DNA of 64,000 nucleotides from Bdellovibrionales bacterium (GTDB lineage Bacteria > Bdellovibrionota > Bdellovibrionia > Bdellovibrionales > JAGQZY01): contig CAXRHT010000003.1 in assembly GCA_964230645.1 (NCBI GenBank), positions 32,001-96,000 on the forward strand. Reading direction: 5' to 3'. Below are positions 17,493-28,232 of the stretch, piece after piece. The first letter of the stretch is position 1. Each line of letters begins with the position of its first letter. A program made the translations under genes and the position numbers. The notes under the pieces were generated by a model. The model saw only the letters and a program-made list of their open reading frames with translations. It was not told where the DNA came from and searched no databases.

Positions 17493-20358
17493 CTTCAACT
17501 CCCATTTTGTTGATTTGTTTCAGTAAGGCCTCTATCTGCTTTTTATCCTTAGCATTAGGGCTTAACTGTAAATATCTTTGGTAGCCTTCCGCTGATTTTA
17601 TATAGTAGCCTTTCTTAAGATACAAGGCTCCCAATTCTTTATAAATATCTGGATTTCCTGACTCTTGATTCAGGGCTTTGGTCAACATGGTCAGTGCCGA
17701 ATCAAAAATACCAGAAAGCCTGTAGCAGCGAGCCAATTTAATATAAACATCTGCTGTTTTTAGTCCTCGCGAGAGAACCTTTTGATATTCCTCCGTACAT
17801 AGTTGGTACTGACCTTTCTTATAATAGGCATCAGCTGCCAATAAATAAGGTTCAGGAATACCGGGGTTCATTAAGCGTTCTTGGTCTGACATTTTTAGAG
17901 CCATGTCGTAATTTTTGAGATTGAGATTCGACATCCCTGCATAATAATGGGCAAAAGGATAATTGGGATTGATCTCTAAAACACGGTCAAACTGTTTTAG
18001 AGCTTCTCGATACTTCCCCGAGTCGTAGTAAAGCTGGCCAATTAAAAATATGGGCTCAGCGTCCGTGGGATCAAGAGCCGCGGCCTCTAAGAAAAGATCT
18101 CTTGATTCCTCAAAGCGTTTTTCAATTTGCAGGATCTTTGCAAGATCCATAAGAATACCTTTATCTTTTGGACTTTTTTCTAAGGCATCATAATAGTATT
18201 GAATGGCCTCACTGTTGCGCTCCTCCCGAGCCAATAGGTCACCAATGGCTCGCATGTAAACAACTTTGCCGTACTTTGAAATCATCTTATCAAGGTAGGT
18301 AATCCCAGCGTCCGTTCCCTGTAAGGCTGCTAAGATTTTAGAGAACGTGACATGAACATCCTCGTTACTTGAATCGAGCTCCAGTGCTCTTTGTAGGTAC
18401 CGGAAGGCATCCTCAGGACTCCCTTGCTCATTCAGAGATTTGGCTAAAATAATGAGGCTTGGAATATCGGTGTCATAGAGCTCCAAAGCTTTCTTCGCAA
18501 AACGAACAGCTCCGGCGTAATTTCTTCTTCTCATCTCAATGAGAGCAAAGCCTCTGAAAACACCGTGGTGCCTTGGATTAACAAGCAAGGCACTTTTTAA
18601 TGTTTCGATCGCATTTTCGTAATCAAACCTCTCACTTTGAAAGTCTGAGAGAATCAGGTAACTTCTAATAAAGCTTGGGTCGGCATCGATCGACATTTTA
18701 ATCCAACGGATGGCCTCATTACTTTGGCCCAATTTCCAAAGGGCCTCGCCTGCTCTCAGGGCTGCAAAACCATTTTCAGGGTTGGCTTCAAAGGCGGCTC
18801 GAAACTCAGCCTGGGCCCCTGAGTAGTTACCCATTTTCATATACTGCTCACCCAGGTAGACCATGTTAACATTATCAATACTGACGGAGTTAAGCGCTTT
18901 GAGCCCTCCCATACTGACAATAAGGCTTCGAGCATCCTCATTACTAGAATCAATGGAGAAAGCTTTCTGGGCGTTCTCAAGCCCTTTTTTGTTACTTCCC
19001 TGAAGGATGCTAATTTTGGCGAGGGTCAGAAAGGCTTCCGATTCGATCATTTTAGGAATGAACTGCCCTGAGGTTAAACCACTACTAATATAGTCCTTTG
19101 CTTTTGAAATATTTTGATAAGGATCAAATTCTAAAATTCCAAGTTCTATTTTTGCAACCGCATGTTGAGGATTCGATCTTAACAGTCTTTGATAAAGTTT
19201 AATGGCTGTACCGTGGACCCCTCTTTTCCGGTACATTCTTGCTTCCTGTAAAAGCGATTTTGACCAAACGGGTGGAGGCGTCCAAAGCTCCCGAACTTTT
19301 GCAAAGTAGTAAGAGGCTGAACGGTAGTCTTTTCTAGCCGCATAAATATCCCCAACCATATGATTGAAAAAAATCATCCCGGGAGATTCGGCTAAATGGT
19401 TGTTCATGATTCTCATGGCATCATCGTATTCCCCTTTAAGCCAATGAGAAACCACCAAGCAAATATTAGCTGAAGGACTTTTGGGATTGAGCTTTTGCAC
19501 CCTTCTTAATACTAGCTGAAAGGTTTTGTGATCTTGAGCGTCCTGATAAGTAAAGGGCCAAAGTTCTCTATAAGTCATGCAAAGAAACCCAAAGGCGTCG
19601 AGGCTCCTTGAACCTTGAACGATTTCCACAAGAGCATCTTGAGCTGTAAGGTAGTCTTTAAAAGTATCCTTGCGAAAGGATTGAATGGCTCGCCTCATAT
19701 TTTGTTGAATTTCACCTTTGGAAATATTTGGACCATTCTTGAATTGGGGGCGACGAAGGTGAGTCTGATTGGCACCACCTGTGGTTCTTTGCAGGTAAAA
19801 ATATACAGAAGCCACAACTAGAATCGCCGCTCCTAAAGCGATAAGTTGAACTTTCGTCCTCTCTTCACGACGTGATTTTCCAGAACTTTTTGAAGAAGTA
19901 GAAGGTCTTTTTTTTCTCGATCTCTTTTCATTTTGTTCTCTATCAATGACAGCCTTGCCGACTTTCGGAGCCCCTTCTTTTTCCATCTCAATAATGACTG
20001 GAGTCTTAGCATCGAGATCTTCGAAAACAGCTTTACCCTTTTCATCCTTTGGAACGGGGTCTTCTTTGCCTTTTTCAAATTCCTTTTTTAAGGTTTCTAT
20101 TCGTTGTGTGACTTCTTTTTTCTCTAAGGAACTTTCATCCTCTTTTTCAAAAAGTTCGTCTTCTAAAACTTCAAGGAGGATATTAAAAAAGTTTTCATCA
20201 TAAGAAATGGGAAACCAGCGACCTGACGGAAATTTTGAAATATATTCCTCACCCACGTAAACACCTGAGCGAATCTTACGAATCACTTCGACTGTGGTGA
20301 ATGGTCCTTCTATTTCACCTTTGGAAGTTCGAATGAGCCACTGAACAATTTCGTTCAC
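17485..20358 (-). CDS. large TPR protein with N-terminal GYF_2-like domain and one TM helix
   Basis: WLIRTSKGEIEGPFT N-terminus, TM helix LIALGAAILVVASVYFYL, many TPR units (e.g. ALELDSSN, VLEINPNY). Confidence 0.85.
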   Translation of the reverse strand: MNEIVQWLIRTSKGEIEGPFTTVEVIRKIRSGVYVGEEYISKFPSGRWFPISYDENFFNILLEVLEDELFEKEDESSLEKKEVTQRIETLKKEFEKGKEDPVPKDEKGKAVFEDLDAKTPVIIEMEKEGAPKVGKAVIDREQNEKRSRKKRPSTSSKSSGKSRREERTKVQLIALGAAILVVASVYFYLQRTTGGANQTHLRRPQFKNGPNISKGEIQQNMRRAIQSFRKDTFKDYLTAQDALVEIVQGSRSLDAFGFLCMTYRELWPFTYQDAQDHKTFQLVLRRVQKLNPKSPSANICLVVSHWLKGEYDDAMRIMNNHLAESPGMIFFNHMVGDIYAARKDYRSASYYFAKVRELWTPPPVWSKSLLQEARMYRKRGVHGTAIKLYQRLLRSNPQHAVAKIELGILEFDPYQNISKAKDYISSGLTSGQFIPKMIESEAFLTLAKISILQGSNKKGLENAQKAFSIDSSNEDARSLIVSMGGLKALNSVSIDNVNMVYLGEQYMKMGNYSGAQAEFRAAFEANPENGFAALRAGEALWKLGQSNEAIRWIKMSIDADPSFIRSYLILSDFQSERFDYENAIETLKSALLVNPRHHGVFRGFALIEMRRRNYAGAVRFAKKALELYDTDIPSLIILAKSLNEQGSPEDAFRYLQRALELDSSNEDVHVTFSKILAALQGTDAGITYLDKMISKYGKVVYMRAIGDLLAREERNSEAIQYYYDALEKSPKDKGILMDLAKILQIEKRFEESRDLFLEAAALDPTDAEPIFLIGQLYYDSGKYREALKQFDRVLEINPNYPFAHYYAGMSNLNLKNYDMALKMSDQERLMNPGIPEPYLLAADAYYKKGQYQLCTEEYQKVLSRGLKTADVYIKLARCYRLSGIFDSALTMLTKALNQESGNPDIYKELGALYLKKGYYIKSAEGYQRYLQLSPNAKDKKQIEALLKQINKMGVEDG

Positions 20359-20380
20359 TTATATAGTCTCCCTTGGGGAT

Positions 20381-21640
20381 CTACTCTTTGATTCTCTCAA
20401 TGTCGGCACCTAAGGATTTCAGCTTTCCTTCAAGATTCTCGTAGCCTCGATCAAGGTGATAAATGCGGTTCACTACAGTCTCTCCAGAAGCGACGAGCCC
20501 AGCTAGAATAAGGCTCGCACTCGCTCTAAGATCTGTAGCCATAACAGGAGCACCGACAAGATTTCCTTCGGATCCATGAATGATCGCTTCATGGCCATCG
20601 ACTTCAATTTTAGCACCCAATCGCATAAGTTCAGAGACATGCATAAAACGATTTTCAAAAACCTTCTCAATGATTCGGCTTTTACCGGGAATTTGAGTCA
20701 TTAATGCCATCAATTGCGCCTGAAGGTCTGTCGGGAAACCGGGGAAAGGCTCTGTGGTGATTTGAATTGAGGCGTATCCCCCATTTCCTTGAACCTGAAT
20801 GAAATCATCTCCAAACTCTAATTCTATCCCCATTTGCTGAAGGGCTTTATTAAAAGATGTTAAGTGAGTGGGGTCACAGTTATTTATCTTAACTTTGCCG
20901 TTGGTAATTGCGGCTGCAACCATCAGAGTTCCTGTTTCGATGCGATCAGGGATCACATCATGTTCAGCGGGCTGGAGATTATTTTGACCTTGTATTTGAA
21001 TGGTTGAGTCTCCTGCTCCCTGTACATCAGCCCCCATTTTGTTGAGGTAATTGGCTAAATCCACAATCTCTGGTTCTTGAGCTGCGTTCTGAATTGTGGT
21101 CTGCCCCTTAGCAAGGCTTGCTGCCATCATGATGTTTTCCGTTCCCCCAACAGTAGGAAAGGGAAATTGGATATTAGTCCCTTTTAGGCCACCTGGGGCT
21201 TTAGCAACGACATATCCCCCATCCACTTCAATTTGAGCGCCCATCTTTTTGAGGGCATCAAGATGCATTCCAATGGGTCTAGCACCAATAGCACATCCTC
21301 CTGGTAAACTAACCTTAGCTTCATCAAACCGAGCCAACAGGGGGCCTAACACCAGAATGCTCGCTCTCATTTTTCTAACTTGATCATAGTGAGCGAGCGT
21401 CTCTAAAGTTTTATCAACCGAAAGGCTGAGGTTGTTATTTTCAAATTCCGTTTTACAGCCCAGGGAATTCATTAATTGATTCGCTGAGAATATATCTTGG
21501 AGGCGCGGGACATTTCCTAATTTGTGTTTTCCAGGAGCTAATAGGGTCGAGAATATAAGGGGAAGAGCTGAGTTCTTAGCACCACTGACACTCACCTCAC
21601 CTCGGAGAGTTTGCCCTCCGCGGATTCTAATTTTATCCAT
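20381..21640 (-). CDS. murA: UDP-N-acetylglucosamine 1-carboxyvinyltransferase
   Basis: SGAKNS, MRASILVLGPLLAR, LPGGCAIGARP, PGFPTDLQ, ATDLRAS. Confidence 0.98.
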   Translation of the reverse strand: MDKIRIRGGQTLRGEVSVSGAKNSALPLIFSTLLAPGKHKLGNVPRLQDIFSANQLMNSLGCKTEFENNNLSLSVDKTLETLAHYDQVRKMRASILVLGPLLARFDEAKVSLPGGCAIGARPIGMHLDALKKMGAQIEVDGGYVVAKAPGGLKGTNIQFPFPTVGGTENIMMAASLAKGQTTIQNAAQEPEIVDLANYLNKMGADVQGAGDSTIQIQGQNNLQPAEHDVIPDRIETGTLMVAAAITNGKVKINNCDPTHLTSFNKALQQMGIELEFGDDFIQVQGNGGYASIQITTEPFPGFPTDLQAQLMALMTQIPGKSRIIEKVFENRFMHVSELMRLGAKIEVDGHEAIIHGSEGNLVGAPVMATDLRASASLILAGLVASGETVVNRIYHLDRGYENLEGKLKSLGADIERIKE

Positions 21641-21649
21641 ATTGTAATC

Positions 21650-22495
21650 CTACTCTTTTTTGAGTTTAAAAAATCTATCGATTCCAGCGTAATCAGGTAT
21701 CTTCTCAATGATACTGTAATCAGTGGAAGCAATAAAGTCTGATAAAGGGATTTCCTGTCCTTGCCCAAACTCAAAAAGGTAATGTCCCCCAGGCTTAAGC
21801 GCTTGGTAGGAAAGGGATACCCACCTTTTAGGGACTTCCAAACCCTCATCAGCACAATAAAGAGCCTCATGGGGCTCGTAGAGATGGACCGAAGTCTGGA
21901 CCCTGGAATCACCAGGTTTAATATAAGGAGGGTTAGAAACGATCAAATCGGCTCTTTCCTTTAAAAAGTTCAAAACATCAGGAGAACTAAGATCCTCTTG
22001 ATAAAATTCGACATTGGAGACGTCTAGTTTCACTGCGTTTTGCTTACTTATCTTAAGGGCCTCAACACTTTTCTCAAACAGGTGGACCCTGCAATCAGGA
22101 CGCTCTTTAGCAATGGATAAGCCTATACAACCGGAACCCGCTCCAAAATCGAAAATGGTTTGAGCCTCCGAATTTAGGGTTTTGAGACTCTTTTCCACTA
22201 AAATCTCGGTTTCATTACGAGGGATTAAAACATCAGGAGTCACGATGAATTCAGATTTAAAGAAAAACTTCGATCCAATAATGTGAGCAACAGGCTTTCC
22301 GGCTTTATAGTCTGCGAAAGCATCTCGAATAGATTCTATTTTTCCCAAAGGGATCTTCTCATTCAATAAAAGTTGCAACTCCCCCCAGTTCTTACCTAGG
22401 AAAAAGCCAACAAGGTCTTCCAAACTACGCTTATGAGTCAAATACTCGGGACCCCAGGTTTTTTTTTGATTTTCTAGAAGCTCAGCTAGCGTCAT
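21650..22495 (-). CDS. prmC: release factor glutamine methyltransferase
   Basis: VLIPRNETE, DFGAGSGCI, SNPPY; directly downstream of prfA. Confidence 0.95.
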   Translation of the reverse strand: MTLAELLENQKKTWGPEYLTHKRSLEDLVGFFLGKNWGELQLLLNEKIPLGKIESIRDAFADYKAGKPVAHIIGSKFFFKSEFIVTPDVLIPRNETEILVEKSLKTLNSEAQTIFDFGAGSGCIGLSIAKERPDCRVHLFEKSVEALKISKQNAVKLDVSNVEFYQEDLSSPDVLNFLKERADLIVSNPPYIKPGDSRVQTSVHLYEPHEALYCADEGLEVPKRWVSLSYQALKPGGHYLFEFGQGQEIPLSDFIASTDYSIIEKIPDYAGIDRFFKLKKE

Positions 22496-23577
22496 TAGCT
22501 AACGGGAGTGCCTTCGGATTCTTTGAGAGCCTCAGCTTGATAGTGGGCAATCACAGGATCAATAACTTGTTCCATATGCCCCTTCATAATCTCATCCAAA
22601 GAATGGAGGGTGAGACCAATGCGGTGATCGGTCACTCTCGTTTGTGGGAAGTTATAGGTCCGAATTCTCTCAGAACGATCCCCTGTACCAATTTGTGAAA
22701 GTCTGGCATCAGAGGCCTCTTTCATCGCCTTTTCTTCCTCGGCTGCTTTCAGCCGAGACATCAAGATCTTCATGGCTCGGTCTTTGTTTGCGTGCTGAGA
22801 TTTACCTTCTTGGCAGTAGACAACAATACCCGATGGATTGTGCGTAATACGAACCGCTGAGTCTGTGGTGTTAACGTGCTGACCACCAGCCCCACTGGCT
22901 CTCATCACATCAATTCTGATATCTTTTTGTTCAATGGCCACTTCTACCTCTTCGGCCTCTGGAATCACCGCCACAGTAACGGTAGAAGTGTGCACTCGGC
23001 CTTGGGATTCAGTCTTTGGAACCCTTTGAACTCTGTGTACTCCACTTTCATACTTGAGGTGGGAGTACACTTGATCTCCTGAGATCATTGCGACAATCTC
23101 TTTGGCTCCCCCAACATTTCCTGCAGAGAAAGAGAGAAGCTCCGTTTTGAACCCAAGGCTTGAGGCGTAGTGGGAGTATGAAGTGTAGAGCTCTTCGGCA
23201 AATAAGCTCGCCTCATCTCCTCCGGCACCGGCTCGAATTTCCAAAATGATATTTTTTTCGTCGTTGGGGTCTTTAGGTAGAAGACTTAATTTTAGTTTAT
23301 GAGTGATATCCTCAAGTTTAGACTCGGCCTCATAAAGGTCTTCCCTTGCCATCTCGCGAAGCTCTTCATCAGCCTCTGCTGAGATGAGCTCCTTACTGTC
23401 TTCAATTGTCTTAATTAATTGTTTGTATTCCCGGTAGATCTTAACGACCTTTTCCAATTCGGCTTGCTCTTTCATGAGCTTTCGGAATTTTGTTTGATCG
23501 TTGGCTACATCAGGATTTTGCAACTGGTGGCAAAGGGACTCATATTTTTTTTCCACTTCACCCAGTTTATCGAACAT
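22495..23577 (-). CDS. prfA: peptide chain release factor 1
   Basis: GGQ motif, PKT (PxT) RF1 specificity motif, RTYNFPQ. Confidence 0.98.
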   Translation of the reverse strand: MFDKLGEVEKKYESLCHQLQNPDVANDQTKFRKLMKEQAELEKVVKIYREYKQLIKTIEDSKELISAEADEELREMAREDLYEAESKLEDITHKLKLSLLPKDPNDEKNIILEIRAGAGGDEASLFAEELYTSYSHYASSLGFKTELLSFSAGNVGGAKEIVAMISGDQVYSHLKYESGVHRVQRVPKTESQGRVHTSTVTVAVIPEAEEVEVAIEQKDIRIDVMRASGAGGQHVNTTDSAVRITHNPSGIVVYCQEGKSQHANKDRAMKILMSRLKAAEEEKAMKEASDARLSQIGTGDRSERIRTYNFPQTRVTDHRIGLTLHSLDEIMKGHMEQVIDPVIAHYQAEALKESEGTPVS

Positions 23578-23601
23578 AGACGGAAAGTCCTTGCGCTGGG
23601 G

Positions 23602-23823
23602 TTACTTGTTGTCTTTTTTGTAAAACTTGGCGTATTTCTTTTTAAATTTTTCCACTCGGCCTTCGGTATCAACAAGCTTTTGTTTACCCGTATAAAAAGG
23701 ATGGCACTCTGAGCAGATATCAATCTTAATTTCTTTCAGAGTAGAACCAGTTGTGAACGAATTACCGCACACGCAAACGACTTGTGCATCCGTATAATAA
23801 GTGGGATGAATTTCAGGTTTCAT
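23602..23823 (-). CDS. rpmE: 50S ribosomal protein L31 (zinc-binding type)
   Basis: MKPEIHP, CVC...[15 protein letters not shown] 23823 follows GGAG. Confidence 0.97.
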   Translation of the reverse strand: MKPEIHPTYYTDAQVVCVCGNSFTTGSTLKEIKIDICSECHPFYTGKQKLVDTEGRVEKFKKKYAKFYKKDNK

Positions 23824-23913
23824 AACGCATAACTCCAATTAAGATCCGGAAATTTAGCATAGTGATTAGGGCTCGTCGAGTTATTTTTTTACTAATTAAG
23901 CACTTTTCTGTAG

Positions 23914-23954
23914 TTATGCACAGCTTTCCGATAAGTTCCACAGAGTTTTCCACA
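23914..23954 (+). promoter_or_regulatory. cluster of DnaA-box-like 9-mers between rho and rpmE
   Basis: TTATGCACA (23914) and TTTTCCACA (23946) fit TTWTNCACA; degenerate AGTTCCACA at 23934; all in the same orientation. Confidence 0.4.
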
Positions 23955-24072
23955 TATATGCGACTATATCTACGTATATGTGAAGAATTTTGCACTAAAT
24001 ACAGCCCTTTACCTAGACTTTTGTCGAAGGATTAAGCGCTCTCATCCGGTCAGAATCTTAACCGAATGCTTA

Positions 24073-25707
24073 TTATTTGCCCATTCCAGCCAAAAATGAG
24101 GTGTTGTCTTTAGCTGACTTAAGCTTATCGAGCAAAAATTCCATGCTATCGACCACATTCATAGGGGCTAGAACCTTTCTTAGAATCCAAAGACGGTTTA
24201 AGTCCACCTTCTCAATCAAGAGGTCCTCTTTACGGGTTCCTGATTTATTGATGTCCATACATGGGAAAATTCTCTTTTCCATAAGCTTTCGATCCAAGTG
24301 GATCTCAGCATTACCAGTTCCTTTAAATTCTTCGAAAATCACCTCATCCATGCGCGAGCCTGTATCGATCAAGGCCGTTGCAATGATGGTAAGACTTCCA
24401 CCTTCTTCAATATTTCGGGCCGCCCCGAAAAATCGCTTCGGTTTGTGAAGGGCATTTGAATCCACACCACCTGATAGAATCTTACCAGAAGGGGGCACAA
24501 CGGTGTTGTAAGCCCTTGCCAATCGAGTGATGGAGTCCAGAAGGATCACAACATCGTTTTTGTTCTCTACCAATCGTTTGGCTTTTTCTAAGACCATCTC
24601 TGCAACCTGAACGTGTCTTGTGGGTGGCTCATCAAAAGTAGAGCTGACCACTTCACCTTTCACGTTACGAGACATATCCGTTACCTCTTCCGGGCGCTCA
24701 TCAATCAGTAAAACAATAAGCCGAGTTTCTGGATGATTCGTAGAGATCGCATTGGCAATATCTTGGAGAAGGACGGTCTTTCCTGTTCTTGGAGGGGCCA
24801 CAATTAGGGCTCTTTGTCCTTTACCAAGTGGAGCCATTAAATCCACTACGCGGGTAGTATATTCACCCGGCTCGTGTTCAAGCTTTAATCTTTCCTCAGG
24901 ATAAAGAGGTGTAAGGTTATCAAAAAGAATTTTTTCTTTCGATTTGGCTGGTGGTTGATGGTTTAGTTCTTCAACCTTTAAAAGCGCGAAGTAACGCTCC
25001 CCTTCTTTAGGAGGTCTTACCGTACCACTCACGGTGTCTCCTGTTCGCAGACCAAAACGTCTAATCTGTGAGGGACTCACATAGATATCATCGGGACCGG
25101 GTAAGTAGTTGTAATCGGGTTTTCTCAAGAATCCGTAACCATCGGGAAGAATTTCCAATACACCGTCACCGAAAACATCAACAAGTTGTGCCGCTCTTTT
25201 CAGGGTTTCAAACACGAGTTCCTGACGCCTTAAACCAGCGGCATTTTCAATTTTTAATTTCGTGGCGAGTTGTAAAACTTCTTCAATCTTTTTTGTCTTA
25301 AGACCTTTTGAACTAAGAGCCGCTTTTTCTTCGTCTGTTAATTCGACATCAGAAAGGTCAATAGGTTCACTGGCTCCCATGACGGGTGGAACCATATCAT
25401 CTTGCGCGTTGGGATCTTGCTGTTTGTAATTGTTGCGGCGGTTGTTATTGCGGTTTTTTCCACGATTGTTTCTATGGTTTTTTCGTCTGTTGCTGGAGCC
25501 TCCACCTGAGTTGTCATCTTGGGACCGGCTCTTTGAGGAGCGTTTTTCTTGGCGATCATTGCTGCTACTGCTGCTGCTCTCTGATTTTTCGGTGGATTCG
25601 CTTTTTGCTGAGGACTCAGCTTTGGGGGATTTTTCTTTTTTCGGGGCGGCTTTTTTTGTGGTTTTCTTTTTCGTGGTTTTTTCTTCCGCTACATCCGCTT
25701 CAGACAT
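24073..25707 (-). CDS. rho: transcription termination factor Rho with long disordered N-terminal extension
   Basis: [54 protein letters not shown]. Confidence 0.98.
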   Translation of the reverse strand: MSEADVAEEKTTKKKTTKKAAPKKEKSPKAESSAKSESTEKSESSSSSSNDRQEKRSSKSRSQDDNSGGGSSNRRKNHRNNRGKNRNNNRRNNYKQQDPNAQDDMVPPVMGASEPIDLSDVELTDEEKAALSSKGLKTKKIEEVLQLATKLKIENAAGLRRQELVFETLKRAAQLVDVFGDGVLEILPDGYGFLRKPDYNYLPGPDDIYVSPSQIRRFGLRTGDTVSGTVRPPKEGERYFALLKVEELNHQPPAKSKEKILFDNLTPLYPEERLKLEHEPGEYTTRVVDLMAPLGKGQRALIVAPPRTGKTVLLQDIANAISTNHPETRLIVLLIDERPEEVTDMSRNVKGEVVSSTFDEPPTRHVQVAEMVLEKAKRLVENKNDVVILLDSITRLARAYNTVVPPSGKILSGGVDSNALHKPKRFFGAARNIEEGGSLTIIATALIDTGSRMDEVIFEEFKGTGNAEIHLDRKLMEKRIFPCMDINKSGTRKEDLLIEKVDLNRLWILRKVLAPMNVVDSMEFLLDKLKSAKDNTSFLAGMGK

Positions 25708-26027
25708 ATAGACTCCATGTTAAAGATCATAATGATTTAGATTTTGATATGAGAATGAATAAACTATGGTTTATTTTCCTGTTTTTTTATATATGGGAAA
25801 TACCTGTGATATCTGTATCTTCGGCAGATTAGACAATTACTTTACGAGTTGAAAGTGAAAATTTCACTTTGATACACTGTCCCATTCACTTTGGCGAACT
25901 TTTGGACAAGGCCTTCAAAGTTGTTTCTCTCTGATACAAACAACCGGGCAAATGTATAAAAAATCTCCAAAGAGCTTATTATTTTGGGATGCTTGTCCGA
26001 ATGGTTAAATAGTTAGGAGGTTCACAC

Positions 26028-26393
26028 ATGAATACTATGGATAAACCAGCTCCACGTTTACCCTTAAAGTTACCCATCGAGTTCAGAAAAAACTATTCTC
26101 GGAAATCCGACTATGGGGATCTAAAAAACATAAGCCTCACGGGGGCCTTTCTTATTCATGACACCGATGAAATTGTTGTGAATGATAAAATAAATATCCA
26201 TTTTAAAGTGAGTGGACGAGAAAGAACATTAATTGCATCGGTTGTTTGGCTCGGTGAAAACGGCTGTGGCTTACAATTTCACCCGGACAACAATCGTGAC
26301 GTACAGATCGTGGACGATTTAATGTATTTCGTAAAAGGTCGTCGTTCAAAGAACAAGAATGTTCTAGATGAAATCTTTAGTAAAGTTAGCTAA
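26028..26393 (+). CDS. PilZ-domain protein
   Basis: KPAPR (degenerate RxxxR), NISLTGA (D/NxSxxG), C-terminal GLQF strand; AGGAGG RBS. Confidence 0.85.
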   Translation: MNTMDKPAPRLPLKLPIEFRKNYSRKSDYGDLKNISLTGAFLIHDTDEIVVNDKINIHFKVSGRERTLIASVVWLGENGCGLQFHPDNNRDVQIVDDLMYFVKGRRSKNKNVLDEIFSKVS

Positions 26394-26413
26394 TAAGCTT
26401 TAAACAGATAAAT

Positions 26414-26444
26414 AAAAAAAAGCTCAGGGTTTCCTGAGCTTTTT
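26414..26444. terminator. bidirectional intrinsic terminator
   Basis: A-tract, AGCTCAGG/CCTGAGCT stem, T-tract; lies between convergent genes. Confidence 0.85.
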
Positions 26445-26468
26445 GCGTTTTAAGTTCGTATAAACTTT

Positions 26469-28232
26469 TTAAACTTGGGTTTGCGAGAAATTCACTCGTT
26501 TCGCCCGATTTCTTCGAATAAAAATCAATACAATAACCGCTGCGAGAATTAATAGCGCTCCGATTCCTGCCATGATTGTCGAATCATCGCTAAAGGCCGC
26601 TAGTGGATCATCACTGCTTCCCGGCGGATTAATATCCACTTGTTTAGGGGGAGCTGGTTTATTAAAATCTGCTTTTGGAGCCGGTGGAGGTGGAGGAGGT
26701 GGCGCCACTGGTTTAGGTGGTGGCGGAGTTTCCGTGGTACCTGCCACTGGTGGTGGCTCCATGTCCTCACTCATTCCATCATCAAAGGCCTGTGGATCAT
26801 CCAATTGGGCCATTTCATCGGATTCATTCATTGCCATATCTTCGTTGTTGTTGAGATCTGGCATTTCAGGCTCATTCATTGCCATATCCGATGGCGGTGG
26901 TGGAGGTTCTTCAGAAGGCATGGGTTCTGGCTCAGCTGTTGGCTCTGGCATCGGTGGCGCCGCGGCTGGCTCTTCCATAGCTGGCGGATCATTAACAGGA
27001 TCGTTCATCGCCACGGTCGTGGGAACACTTGCACCCTCTGGCCAGTAGCGCAGACGAACACCTGCGGGTAGTGTCCATTTCGATTGGACATCTTCATTAG
27101 TCGCCCAAATCTCCATCCAGCTTCTTTCATGCCCCAGAAGAGACTCTGACACTTTCCGAATATTATCACCCTCATCACTTGTGTAATACTGTGGAGCAAT
27201 ACTGTTATCTTCATAATAGGTGACCATTCTCTGATCGGTTGGGTTAATGGGAGATTCATAATAAACTTTATCGCCTACTTTTAACGACTTCCCACGAAAG
27301 TGAGAATTGTAAGAGTAAAGATCCTCAGATCGTGAAGAATCACCATATATTTTTTGTGCGATGGAATCCATATCGTCACCAGCGCGCACGACATAGAGTC
27401 TGTTTACATTACCACCAGCTCTTGTATAAGCGGCCGGCTTCATTTTCTTTACAGGAACGTAACTTTTCTCTTCTACACCGTTATCAAAAGAGTCATATCC
27501 CGTTCCAGCATCGGCAAAACTAGAGTCTTCGTACGTTGGGGTATCAACAACAGGCTCCATGTCCTGTCCTTGAGAAAAGAGATCCGTATCTTGATTGCCA
27601 GACATTGTATCTGCAGGAATTCCGCCTTCATCCACAAAAAGTGAATCGTCAACGGGTTGAGACTCAAAGGAGTTTGTATCGGCTGCTCCAAAACTGTTGT
27701 CGTCTATATAATCTTCTGAAAAGTCATTTCCAGCACTTTCCCCTAATTGAGCATAGTCATCGTCAGGGTACTCATCACCGAAATTATCTTCGACTTCAAT
27801 ATCTTCTCCAGCAAGATCGTCAAATCCAGCTTCGCCTTCACCTTTGGCCATTCCTTCAGCGTCAAAGTCGAGGTCTCCGCCAAATTGATCGTCAGCGAAT
27901 TCATCGCCTCCACCACTAGCAAATTCGTCACCACCAAGGTCATCACCAAACTCATCGCCGAAGTCGTCACCGCCCGCGGCAAATTCGTCGCCACCACCGA
28001 GATCGTCGCCAAGGCTCTCGCCTCCTAGGTCATCACCACCGAGTTCGCCACCACTTTCAAAGTCATCACTAGCAAACTCATCATCGGAAAAGTCACCCAT
28101 CCCCGCTGGCATGCCCTCTTCGGCCACCGTCGCGGTTTCTTGCTCATCTTCATCCGATGAAAATAAACTACACCCTGTTATATTTAAGGAAAAAAAGAGT
28201 GCGAGAATAATTAATAGAATTGAATTTCTCAT
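26469..28232 (-). CDS. LysM-domain lipoprotein with acidic and Pro-rich linkers and a C-terminal TM helix
   Basis: Lipobox ITGC; D/E/G-rich repeats; LysM-like YVVRAGDDMDSIAQKIYG and a second degenerate unit; poly-Pro; TM helix followed by RRNRAKR. Confidence 0.8.
   Translation of the reverse strand: MRNSILLIILALFFSLNITGCSLFSSDEDEQETATVAEEGMPAGMGDFSDDEFASDDFESGGELGGDDLGGESLGDDLGGGDEFAAGGDDFGDEFGDDLGGDEFASGGGDEFADDQFGGDLDFDAEGMAKGEGEAGFDDLAGEDIEVEDNFGDEYPDDDYAQLGESAGNDFSEDYIDDNSFGAADTNSFESQPVDDSLFVDEGGIPADTMSGNQDTDLFSQGQDMEPVVDTPTYEDSSFADAGTGYDSFDNGVEEKSYVPVKKMKPAAYTRAGGNVNRLYVVRAGDDMDSIAQKIYGDSSRSEDLYSYNSHFRGKSLKVGDKVYYESPINPTDQRMVTYYEDNSIAPQYYTSDEGDNIRKVSESLLGHERSWMEIWATNEDVQSKWTLPAGVRLRYWPEGASVPTTVAMNDPVNDPPAMEEPAAAPPMPEPTAEPEPMPSEEPPPPPSDMAMNEPEMPDLNNNEDMAMNESDEMAQLDDPQAFDDGMSEDMEPPPVAGTTETPPPPKPVAPPPPPPPAPKADFNKPAPPKQVDINPPGSSDDPLAAFSDDSTIMAGIGALLILAAVIVLIFIRRNRAKRVNFSQTQV

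Noticed and set aside
23850..24060. oriC
   Set aside because: Only two consensus DnaA boxes, no dnaA/dnaN/gidA neighbours and no evident unwinding element.
26572..28028. Overlapping ORFs within the LysM gene (W/R/H-rich 143 aa, G/S-rich 158 aa and others)
   Set aside because: Shadow frames of low-complexity Pro/Asp/Gly codons.
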